A DNA stretch of 64,000 nt from positions 42,809 through 106,808 of the forward strand of contig JAYEGY010000117.1 in NCBI GenBank assembly GCA_034659275.1. The letters run 5' to 3'. A program made the translations under genes and the position numbers. Position 1 is the stretch's first letter. Every line of letters begins with the position of its first letter. The notes beneath the pieces are model-generated. The model was not told where the DNA came from. It did no database searches and saw only the letters and a list, made by a program, of their open reading frames with translations. Below are positions 29,387 through 36,927 of the stretch, one piece after another. Origin of the DNA: Bacteroidota bacterium (lineage in GTDB: Bacteria; Bacteroidota; Bacteroidia; Bacteroidales; VadinHA17).

Positions 29387-31111
29387 ATGTATAAATTAAA
29401 AAGATCAATTATAGTAATCATATCACTTGTCCTGGCCCTGCCCCTTCAGGCCCAGGAAGATGAAAGATTCTTCAAGGCCGCCGGAACACCTGTAAATCCC
29501 AGGGTTAAGGCAAGCTGGAATAAGTATTATACCTACACAGGAATACAAGACCTGTGTAAAAGACTGGCAGAAGCATACCCTGACCTGGTAAAAATAGAGT
29601 CGGCCGGTAAATCATATGAAGGACGTGACCTGATCACAATGATAATCACCAACCACAAAAACCAAAATCCTGACCATAAATCCGGATATTATATTGACGG
29701 TAATATCCATTCCAACGAGATACAGGGAACGGAGATGGCTCTTTACGCAGGATGGTACCTCGCAGAGATGTATGATGAGAATGAATTTATAAGGGAGCTG
29801 CTCGATGATAAGGTTTTTTATATAATTCCCACAATTAATCCTGATGCAAGGGAGAATTATATGCGTGAGCCAAATACTTCAAGTTCACCACGCTCAGGCA
29901 TGGTGCCAAGGGATGATGATAGAGACGGACTGGTTGATGAAGATGGATTCGATGATATCAATAATGATGGCGTAATATCCATGATGCGCCGTAAAGACCC
30001 ATTTGGTCAATATAAAGAGGATCCGTCTGATCCCAGGCAGATGGTACGTGTAGAAGAAGGTGAAACAGGGGAATACGAGATGCTTGGATACGAAGGCATT
30101 GATAATGACGGCGACGGTGAAGTGAACGAAGACCGCCAGGGATATTATGACCCGAACCGTGACTGGGGGTATAACTGGGAACCCGATTACGTCCAGAGAG
30201 GTGCCGATAAATACCCTTTCAGCTTCCCGGAAAATCAGGCCGTTCGCGATTTCGCACTCAAGCATAAAAATATAGCAGGGGCACAGTCATACCATAATTC
30301 AGGTGGTATGATATTAAGAGGCCCTTCTATTGAAGGCGGAGGGTCAGAAGTATATTCCAGGGAAGATGAGCTGGTTATCAATGCTATAGGTGAGATGGGA
30401 GAGACAATAATCCCCGGATACAGGTTCCTTACTATATGGAAAGATATGTACACCGTTTATGGTGGTGAAGTGGACTGGTGGTATGGCTTTATGGGGGTCT
30501 ACGTTTATTCCAACGAATTATGGTCAAGGCACCTGATGTTCCATGACGACAGCCGCGACAGCTATAAGTTTGACAAGCTGCTGCTCTTTGAAGATGCCTT
30601 TATTCCCTGGGAAGAATATGATCACCCCGTTTATGGCAAGGTCGAAATAGGTGGTTTTGACAAAAACTTCGGGAGGAACCACCCCGGCTTCCTGCTTGAA
30701 TCAGATGCACACCGCAACTCTGCCTTTTGTTTTTACCACGCATACCAGACACCCAAACTGGTGGTAAGGGATATCGAGGTGGAAGAACTGCAGGGATCGC
30801 TTAAGCAAGTTACGGCAACCGTTGCCAACCAGAGGTTAATGCCAACTCATTCAGGGCAGAACCTGAAGTACAAAATAGATCCACCGGACTATGTATACCT
30901 GGATGGCGGTGAGGTTATTACCGGTATGATTGTCCTTGACGAAGACAGGGATATATGCAACGAGCAGGTACGCAATCCGCAACGCCTGGAGGTGGAAAAC
31001 ATTCCCGGCAACAGCTCGGTAACGGTGAGGTGGATTGTTAAGGGAGGCAACAAATACACCGTGCGTGTTGAAAGCGTGAAAGGAGGTAGAACCGAAAAAA
31101 GCACTGAATGA
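29387..31111 (+). CDS. M14 family zinc carboxypeptidase (secreted)
   Basis: 574-aa ORF with a signal peptide and zinc motif YIDGNIHSNEIQGTE (HxxE). It also has NPDARE, a second His in AQSYHNSGG and a catalytic-Glu context YSNELW. Confidence 0.8.
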   Translation: MYKLKRSIIVIISLVLALPLQAQEDERFFKAAGTPVNPRVKASWNKYYTYTGIQDLCKRLAEAYPDLVKIESAGKSYEGRDLITMIITNHKNQNPDHKSGYYIDGNIHSNEIQGTEMALYAGWYLAEMYDENEFIRELLDDKVFYIIPTINPDARENYMREPNTSSSPRSGMVPRDDDRDGLVDEDGFDDINNDGVISMMRRKDPFGQYKEDPSDPRQMVRVEEGETGEYEMLGYEGIDNDGDGEVNEDRQGYYDPNRDWGYNWEPDYVQRGADKYPFSFPENQAVRDFALKHKNIAGAQSYHNSGGMILRGPSIEGGGSEVYSREDELVINAIGEMGETIIPGYRFLTIWKDMYTVYGGEVDWWYGFMGVYVYSNELWSRHLMFHDDSRDSYKFDKLLLFEDAFIPWEEYDHPVYGKVEIGGFDKNFGRNHPGFLLESDAHRNSAFCFYHAYQTPKLVVRDIEVEELQGSLKQVTATVANQRLMPTHSGQNLKYKIDPPDYVYLDGGEVITGMIVLDEDRDICNEQVRNPQRLEVENIPGNSSVTVRWIVKGGNKYTVRVESVKGGRTEKSTE

Positions 31112-31258
31112 TAAAGTTGAGAAGAAGTTAAGAAAAAGAAGAGTGAGTTGAGAGGTTGAATTGTTGAACCAGGTTTTAATAACATCCAGATTTAAGAAAT
31201 TCATCACTATTATATAACTAGAAACGACAACAACAATTTTCTGCAATTCGCCGGGTTT

Positions 31259-31496
31259 TGAATATCGAATATCGAATATCTATTAACGAAGGCAGAAGTA
31301 GAGTCGGCGGACGAGTGATTCTAGCTCGACGAATAAAGTGAGTTAATTTCAAATTAATTGATTTTAAAAAGTTTAATAATAAGAAATTGGGGCAGATATT
31401 AAATCATATCCAGGCAATATAAACCTCTGCAACAATGAGAATTAAACCTGAAATCATCCAGTAACTACTTCGTCATTCGGCGTTCGATATTCATTA
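31259..31496. repeat. MITE-like element bounded by the same inverted heptad termini as 13059-13145
   Basis: The left end is tgaatatcgaatatcgaatatc…acgaagg (31259-31292). The right end is cttcgtcattcggcgttcgatattcat (31470-31496), which is its imperfect reverse complement. cttcgtcattcg (12 nt) and ttcgatattcat (12 nt) are identical to 13112-13123 and 13134-13145. Confidence 0.5.
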
Positions 31497-31741
31497 TTGC
31501 CTCACCCCGAGGACTTAAGGAATTTCTACCACTAGAATAAGTTACACTTTCATTGTATAATTTCCCATATTTATACTATTTAATGATTGATATAGTAATT
31601 ATTAATATGGCGTTATAATTATTATCATTCCTATTGTTTTAATTTTACATAAGGCCTATTAAAGTCTATTTTAAATGTTTTTCTTGGAAGTTTAATAAAT
31701 ATTTTGTTAATTTATATCGCCATAATATAAATTACATATGC

Positions 31742-32188
31742 ATGAAAACTAATGAAAGTACAATTTCTCTAAAGGGCAGCATCAACATGTCAATCAAACC
31801 AACAGATCCAGTAGCATGGAAGCTATTAATGCTCTATGAAGCCGCTTCAACCAAAGCTGATAAAATCGCAAGCATAGCAAAGAAGTATGGTTATACACGC
31901 GAGCATTTTTACGTTATAAAGAAAAAATTTGATGAAAGTGGAAGTGAGGGTTTGCGTGATAAACCCAGGGGACCAAAGAGGAACTATAAAAGGACAAAAG
32001 AGTTAGAGAAGCAAATTATAAGGCACAGGTTCCTGGACCCTGAGGCAAGCTGCGAGGTTATTACCCAGAAGTTGCGACAGGCGGGTCACAATATAAGCCA
32101 ACGGAGTGTTGAACGAACCATCAATGTCTACGGACTTCAAAAAAAGAGCTACATAAAGCAGATCCGCAAAACGAGGAAATTGAAATAA
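31742..32188 (+). CDS. IS transposase OrfA (helix-turn-helix DNA-binding part)
   Basis: 148-aa ORF with HTH-like segments (IASIAKKYGYTREHFYVIKKKF; CEVITQKLRQAGHNISQRSVERTI). Confidence 0.7.
   Translation: MKTNESTISLKGSINMSIKPTDPVAWKLLMLYEAASTKADKIASIAKKYGYTREHFYVIKKKFDESGSEGLRDKPRGPKRNYKRTKELEKQIIRHRFLDPEASCEVITQKLRQAGHNISQRSVERTINVYGLQKKSYIKQIRKTRKLK
32140..32146 (+). promoter_or_regulatory. Candidate -1 programmed ribosomal frameshift heptamer A-AAA-AAG
   Basis: In the OrfA frame the codons are CAA AAA AAG. The -1 frame is open from here (KKELHKADPQNEEIEISTYETRRDN…) into the OrfB ATG at 32263. Confidence 0.5.
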
Positions 32189-32262
32189 GCACTTATGAAA
32201 CCAGGCGTGATAACGTAAGGTTAAAAATCAAACCTCAGGATAATGAGAGGGAGTTCAGGCAA

Positions 32263-33528
32263 ATGTTATCTCAAAAAGTGTCCGGGACCTCAGTGGGCAT
32301 GTGGCTTCTTGTACCAGAATTGTTAAGACTGGGAGCATGGGACATAATAAAAGCATGGACTGGAAAAACAGATATCGATCTGGATCCAAGAATAGCACTA
32401 CAGGTTGTAAACGAGACGGCTCTATGTGTAAACCGTATCAGGAGAAAGAGTTCATTGGGCCACCAGGGCTTTCAACTGGTCAATGGCATGGGAAGGTTAA
32501 TAACAGATGAGCAGGTACATACTTTGTTAAATAACCATACTACCTCTGAGGCACAGCAAATGCTGGTAAATCTAGGCATTCAAAGAAAACTATCCGGGCA
32601 CTATCCGGGGGATGTTATTGCTATTGACCCACACAGGATAATAAGCAGTTCAAAAAGAATAATGGCAAAAAAGCGTAAGCAGACCGATGCTCCTTCCAAG
32701 AAAATGCTCCAGACTTTTTTCAGTGTTTGCACCCAGACAGGACAACCTATTATGGCAAGCATCTCATCAACAGGATTACCAACTTCAAAAGCAACTGCAA
32801 ATTTAATCGATGCCACAGGAGAGATAATTAAAAAGGAAAGGCTTGTAGTTGCAGACAAGGAACATTTTACAAGAGAGTTATTAGATATATCCAGAAAACA
32901 TGAACATTTTGACTTCTTAATTCCTGCTCTTAATACCTCAAAGCTTAAAAATAAAATACAGGACCTTAATTATAAACCACTATGGGCTGGTTTTGCCATA
33001 GCCGAAACCGATTTTTGTTTTGCACATGACACAACAAAATATCGGCTTATTGCTGAAAGAACGGGAGAAACTGCAAAAAACTACTCCTATAACGCTTTCA
33101 TTACCACATCAAAAAATGATGCCAAGCAATTAATATGTAATAACTACGATAAACGGTGGTCAGTGGAAGAGTTCTTCAGGTTTGAAAACGACATGGGTTT
33201 AAACAGGGCTTCTACTCTTAACCTAAATGTCAGATATGGTAAACTGGCATTGGCTATGATAGCCCAGGCAGCAGCATACCAATTAGGAAATAAATTAAAG
33301 GAAGACTACCGTAAATGAGATGCAAAACATTTATCCAATGAAGTGCTTGCATGGGCAGATGGAGACACAAGGGTCAAGAGTGATACAATACTAATAACAT
33401 TTTATGGTAAACCTACACACTTAAATCCGCAGGATTACATAAATCTACCAGCCAGGTTAATAGCAGAAGATATAAACCCCAAAATCCCCTGGCTATATGA
33501 TTATAAAATTGATTTTAAATTTAAATAA
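32263..33528 (+). pseudogene. IS transposase OrfB (DDE domain) interrupted by an in-frame TGA at 33316-33318
   Basis: ORFs 32263..33318 and 33343..33528 are in the same frame, separated only by TGA (…EDYRK*DAKHLSNEVLAWADG…). Candidate DDE residues are IAIDPHRI, LVVADKEHF and YDKRWSVEEFF (Y-x2-R-x3-E). Confidence 0.65.
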
Positions 33529-33559
33529 ATGTAATTTAATCTCCTTTTAAAAATTCCTT

Positions 33560-33630
33560 GAGGACTCGGGGTTCGGCGAGCTCGCAGTACTCACATCCCG
33601 AATACTCGGGATATTCGCACTGCTCGGTTC
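33560..33630. repeat. Palindrome-rich extragenic element (copy B), split by the IS
   Basis: Contains gcgagctcgcagtactc (33576-33592), a cccga-atac-tcggg hairpin and ctgctcggtt (33620-33629). Its left part (…caccccgag) lies at 31503-31515, on the other side of the IS. Confidence 0.7.
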
Positions 33631-33703
33631 GCCATTCATATCTGTCCTTAATGATAGTTATTCGGAAGGAGGATACCATTTTTTTAAAATGGTTGGATCA
33701 ACT

Positions 33704-33724
33704 CATAACTTATAATTCATAATT
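33704..33724. repeat. 3 x 7-bp units cataact tataatt cataatt
   Basis: Read directly. The array lies immediately beside the terminator hairpin of the 33779 gene. Confidence 0.7.
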
Positions 33725-33749
33725 AAAAAGGCTCCGGTGAGGGAACCTT
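33725..33749 (-). terminator. Probable intrinsic terminator of the 33779..34414 gene
   Basis: The minus strand reads aaggttccctcaccggagcctt followed by ttttt (4+3 bp stem with one mismatch), 30 nt after the stop. Confidence 0.45.
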
Positions 33750-33778
33750 CAAAAACGAGTCAGGTAAAAAGTATATGA

Positions 33779-34414
33779 TTAATAGCTCTTAATTGAGAGC
33801 CTGAAGGTGCCTGTGGCATTTTTGGCCGTAACCTTGAATCCCCATTCACCTGTTTTGGTGCCGTCCTCCTCGTCAATGCTGAACGACTTTGACCAGTTGA
33901 CCGAACCGTATTCGTCAATAAGCACCTCGGTATACTTGCTTCCCGAGGGCATGGTGATCACTATAAGTATCTCTCCCTCCTCACAAATGCCGCTGACATT
34001 GATGGATGCCCTCTTTGCATCTTCTTCAATTTCGAATGTCAAGTCCTTCGTAAAGCTGCCTTCCTTAACAACCTTTGAGAATTGCAGGCTGCTCGAATTC
34101 GGAGAGCCTCCCATGAAATAATAAATACCTTCCAGGTCGGAGCCTGTAGAGAATACCGCCGGTGTACGTGTAATCCACTCTTCTTTATAGGCCTCACGAG
34201 CATTCCTTACCGCCCTCTCCATCTCATCCTCACGAATTCTGATTCTTTCCCTTGCTTCAATAGCTTCTTGCTTCTTAAACTCTTGTATCTTCTTCTGCTC
34301 AAGCATCTCCTGCTTCTTCTTTTCTTCCTCTTCCTTTGTTTGGCCAAATGCTGTTATACTGCCACCAACCAGAAGTAAAGAGACAATCATTAATATGGTA
34401 ACCTTTCTTTTCAT
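33779..34414 (-). CDS. Secreted hypothetical protein (coiled-coil N-half, beta-rich C-half)
   Basis: 211-aa ORF with signal peptide MKRKVTILMIVSLLLVGGSITAFGQ and a Glu/Lys-rich helix. No family recognised. Divergent from the two-component operon. Confidence 0.5.
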   Translation of the reverse strand: MKRKVTILMIVSLLLVGGSITAFGQTKEEEEKKKQEMLEQKKIQEFKKQEAIEARERIRIREDEMERAVRNAREAYKEEWITRTPAVFSTGSDLEGIYYFMGGSPNSSSLQFSKVVKEGSFTKDLTFEIEEDAKRASINVSGICEEGEILIVITMPSGSKYTEVLIDEYGSVNWSKSFSIDEEDGTKTGEWGFKVTAKNATGTFRLSIKSY

Positions 34415-34474
34415 GCTATATAGTTTTTATAATTATTCACATTTCAAATATAAACACAAAAGCGAGCAGATTTT

Positions 34475-34501
34475 GTTAACACAGGGTTAATGTAGGGTTA
34501 A
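34475..34501 (+). promoter_or_regulatory. Three GTTAA direct repeats at exact 11-bp phasing (candidate OmpR/PhoB-type regulator box)
   Basis: GTTAA starts at 34475, 34486 and 34497 (tGTTAAcacag gGTTAAtgtag gGTTAAagcct), 33-60 nt upstream of the kinase start candidates. Confidence 0.4.
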
Positions 34502-34533
34502 AGCCTTCTGAGCTGTCTTATAAATACTTAAAT

Positions 34534-35922
34534 TTGATCCGGTGTAAATATACTATCATGTGGAAACTGAAGACTCTCTTACCTGTATCTGCTGCACTGG
34601 CAATATTTATACTGGCACAGATATATATCGTCCGCCAGGTATGGAAACAGAAGGATGAGGTATTTGCATTAAAGTACAGGTCAGAAGCAAAGGAAGCCAT
34701 ACACGAAATGTCATCATATGACCCCTATAATGGTTTTAAAAAAGCATATTTTGTTCTTGATGATATTTCCCGCTTATACCTTCAGAAAAAGAAGGCCCTG
34801 CAGAACCCCGAGGATTCAGCAATGTTTGCAAAGAATGTAAGGGATAACTTCACAAAAATATTGTCTGAGGACCAGTTGCTTTCTGAATATCTCAGCAAGT
34901 ATTTTGAAAAGCTGGGACTGGAAAGCAAAATCAAACCATTGATATACGTCAATTATATTGACCTGATAGATATCCAGGAAAATATCAGTGTTTACAGGGC
35001 CCCAATCAGTGTAATCAAAAAACAACAGTCTAATCAAAGTATTCTTGTTTATACCTTTAACAGCGAAGGGAATAATTATAAAATATCCTTTGATTATTAT
35101 ATAGATGTAGCAAACAAGGAAAAGATAATACTTCGTGAAATAAGCCTTACACTCATACTGAGTATTTTAAGTTTCGGAATAATAGTTGCCATATTTATTG
35201 CCACAATGAAGAGCTACCTCGAGGAAAAAAGATTGTCAAACCTCAAGACTGACTTCATAAACAATATGACCCATGAGTTGAAAACTCCACTTTCAACCAT
35301 CACAGTTGCAGGAAAAACCCTCAAGCATGATTCTGTTATTGGCAACAGGGAAAAGATAATAGAGACTGCAAACATGATCGGCAAGCAATCACTTCACCTT
35401 AACGAGCTTATTAATCTTATCCTGGATATAAGCATGTGGGAAAGAGCACAGTTCCAGGTTAATAAGAAAGTCACCAATGTTGAGGAATTATTGAAAGATA
35501 TAACATGTAGTTTCAAAAACGGATGCGATGAGGCTTATAAATTCACCGAATGCTATAAGCTTAACGGGGCACGGGCAAAAATAGACGACCTGTACTTCAC
35601 CACCATGATCAATAACCTGCTGAATAATGCTGTGAAGTATTCAAAGAACAGCCCTGAGATACGCTTTGAAGCATTAAGTACCGAAAACGAAATTAACATT
35701 AAGATCGCAGATAAGGGGATTGGTATCAGCCGGAGTGACCAGAAGAATATTTTTGATAAATTTTACCGTGTCAGAACAGGTGATATACACCAGTCAAAAG
35801 GCCTTGGACTGGGCCTTTACTATGTGAAAAAGATTGCCGAAGCGCATGGCGGTTCAGTAAGTGTAAGCAGCAAAAAGGGTAAAGGAAGCGTCTTTATAGT
35901 AAGTATACCGAAAACAACATAA
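34534..35922 (+). CDS. Sensor histidine kinase
   Basis: 462-aa ORF with two TM segments flanking a ~170-aa extracytoplasmic region, an H-box FINNMTHELKTPLSTI and an HATPase_c domain (GLGLGLYYVKKIAEAHGGSVSV). The alternative start Met-9 (34558) is possible. Confidence 0.88.
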   Translation: MIRCKYTIMWKLKTLLPVSAALAIFILAQIYIVRQVWKQKDEVFALKYRSEAKEAIHEMSSYDPYNGFKKAYFVLDDISRLYLQKKKALQNPEDSAMFAKNVRDNFTKILSEDQLLSEYLSKYFEKLGLESKIKPLIYVNYIDLIDIQENISVYRAPISVIKKQQSNQSILVYTFNSEGNNYKISFDYYIDVANKEKIILREISLTLILSILSFGIIVAIFIATMKSYLEEKRLSNLKTDFINNMTHELKTPLSTITVAGKTLKHDSVIGNREKIIETANMIGKQSLHLNELINLILDISMWERAQFQVNKKVTNVEELLKDITCSFKNGCDEAYKFTECYKLNGARAKIDDLYFTTMINNLLNNAVKYSKNSPEIRFEALSTENEINIKIADKGIGISRSDQKNIFDKFYRVRTGDIHQSKGLGLGLYYVKKIAEAHGGSVSVSSKKGKGSVFIVSIPKTT

Positions 35923-35930
35923 CCAGAGCC

Positions 35931-36623
35931 ATGAAAGTATTAATAGCGGAAGATGATATTGACTTTGGCAATATACTGAGTCAGTACGTCTCTATCAACG
36001 GTTTCGAGGTTACCCTCACCCGCGATGGAAAAGAAGCCTGGGGCAGCTATAGCCGGGAAAAACCGGATATTTGTGTTCTTGACGTAATGATGCCTGAAAT
36101 GGACGGTTTCTCTCTGGCAGAGAAAATCAGGCAGAATAACCCCGATATGCCGTTCGTATTTCTCACGGCTAAAACACTCAAGGAAGATATTGTGAAAGGC
36201 CTTAAGATGGGTGCCGATGACTATATAACAAAGCCATTTGACCCCGAGGTGCTTATACTGCGTCTTAATAATATACTTAAAAGGGTTTATACCACTGTTA
36301 ATGATGAATACACCATATCTTCCACCACTCTCAAATTTAACACGCTCGAGCTACACTGCAAAGGCAAAAAAGAAAAGTTAACCCTCAAGGAAGCACAATT
36401 GCTTCGCTACCTCATGGCCAATAAAGACAGTATATTACGCCGCGATGCCATCCTCAACGAAGTATGGGGTGAGGATGATTATTTCCTGGGTCGCAGCATG
36501 GATGTCTTTATCAGCAGGCTGAGGAAGTACCTGTCACCAGATCCCGGAATTGAGCTCAGGACAATAAGAGGTACGGGCTTTGTGCTTGAAGAGACAGGTA
36601 AAGAGATGAGAGATGAGAGATGA
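35931..36623 (+). CDS. OmpR/PhoB-family response regulator
   Basis: 230-aa ORF with a receiver domain ([10 protein letters not shown]) and a winged-helix output (…[11 protein letters not shown]…IRGTGFVLE). The last codons (EMRDER*) are encoded by the tandem array. Confidence 0.9.
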   Translation: MKVLIAEDDIDFGNILSQYVSINGFEVTLTRDGKEAWGSYSREKPDICVLDVMMPEMDGFSLAEKIRQNNPDMPFVFLTAKTLKEDIVKGLKMGADDYITKPFDPEVLILRLNNILKRVYTTVNDEYTISSTTLKFNTLELHCKGKKEKLTLKEAQLLRYLMANKDSILRRDAILNEVWGEDDYFLGRSMDVFISRLRKYLSPDPGIELRTIRGTGFVLEETGKEMRDER

Positions 36624-36831
36624 GAGGCGAAAGATGAGATGCGAGAGGCGAAAGATGAGATGCGAGAGGCGAAAGATGAGATGCGAGAGGCGAAAGATGA
36701 GATGCGAGAGGCGAAAGATGAAATGCGAGAGGCGAAAGATGAGATGCGAGAGGCGAAAGATGAAATGCGAGAGGCGAAAGATGAGATGCGAGAGGCGAAA
36801 GGTGGGAGGCGAGAGGCGAAAGGTGGGAGGC
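36603..36831 (+). repeat. 229-bp purine-rich tandem array: gagatga x3 then ~10 x 21-bp gagatgcgagaggcgaaagat (7-bp sub-period)
   Basis: Units read directly at 36615, 36636, 36657, 36678, 36699, 36720, 36741, 36762, 36783 and 36804. Variants are gaaatg in two units and ggt/gggaggc in the last two. Confidence 0.95.
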
Positions 36832-36927
36832 TAAATACTAAAGACAAGATCTCAAGTCAATAACCGGTAATCATAGAACATTTTACTATTTTTGACGGCG
36901 AACCCTGCTTGATCAAAAACAACAGGA

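Larger units (their letters stand above)
31516..33559 (+). mobile_element. Insertion sequence (~2.04 kb), two-ORF DDE transposase, family not assigned
   Basis: The 7-bp direct repeat GAGGACT occurs at 31509-31515 and 33560-33566. Imperfect terminal inverted repeats aaggaatttctaccactagaat and the reverse complement aaggaatttttaaaaggagatt match at 16 of 22 positions, with the first 9 exact. The element carries an HTH OrfA plus a DDE OrfB. Ends are accurate to within 1 bp. Confidence 0.75.

Noticed and set aside
31112-31170. Purine-rich tract after the M14 gene (aagttgagaagaagttaagaaaaagaagagtgagttgagagg…) as another tandem array
   Set aside because: agttgag recurs, but I could not find a consistent period. 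I report it only as low-complexity sequence.
33316-33318. In-frame TGA in the transposase as selenocysteine or alternative-code read-through
   Set aside because: Other genes in the window terminate at TGA (for example smpB and the response regulator), and no SECIS-like hairpin is obvious. A Trp-codon nonsense mutation in a decaying IS copy is the simpler reading.
36603-36831. Possible CRISPR array
   Set aside because: The units are contiguous with no unique spacers, are 21 bp with no palindromic core, and no cas genes are nearby.
36479-36863. Three long ORFs through the 21-bp array: 36479..36847 minus (…[14 protein letters not shown]…), 36613..36834 plus (…[10 protein letters not shown]…) and 36639..36863 plus (…REAKDEM…)
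   Set aside because: They are open only because a 21-bp (7-codon) purine-rich repeat lacks stop codons in those frames. The peptides are perfect repeats with no start context, so I treat the region as non-coding repeat.
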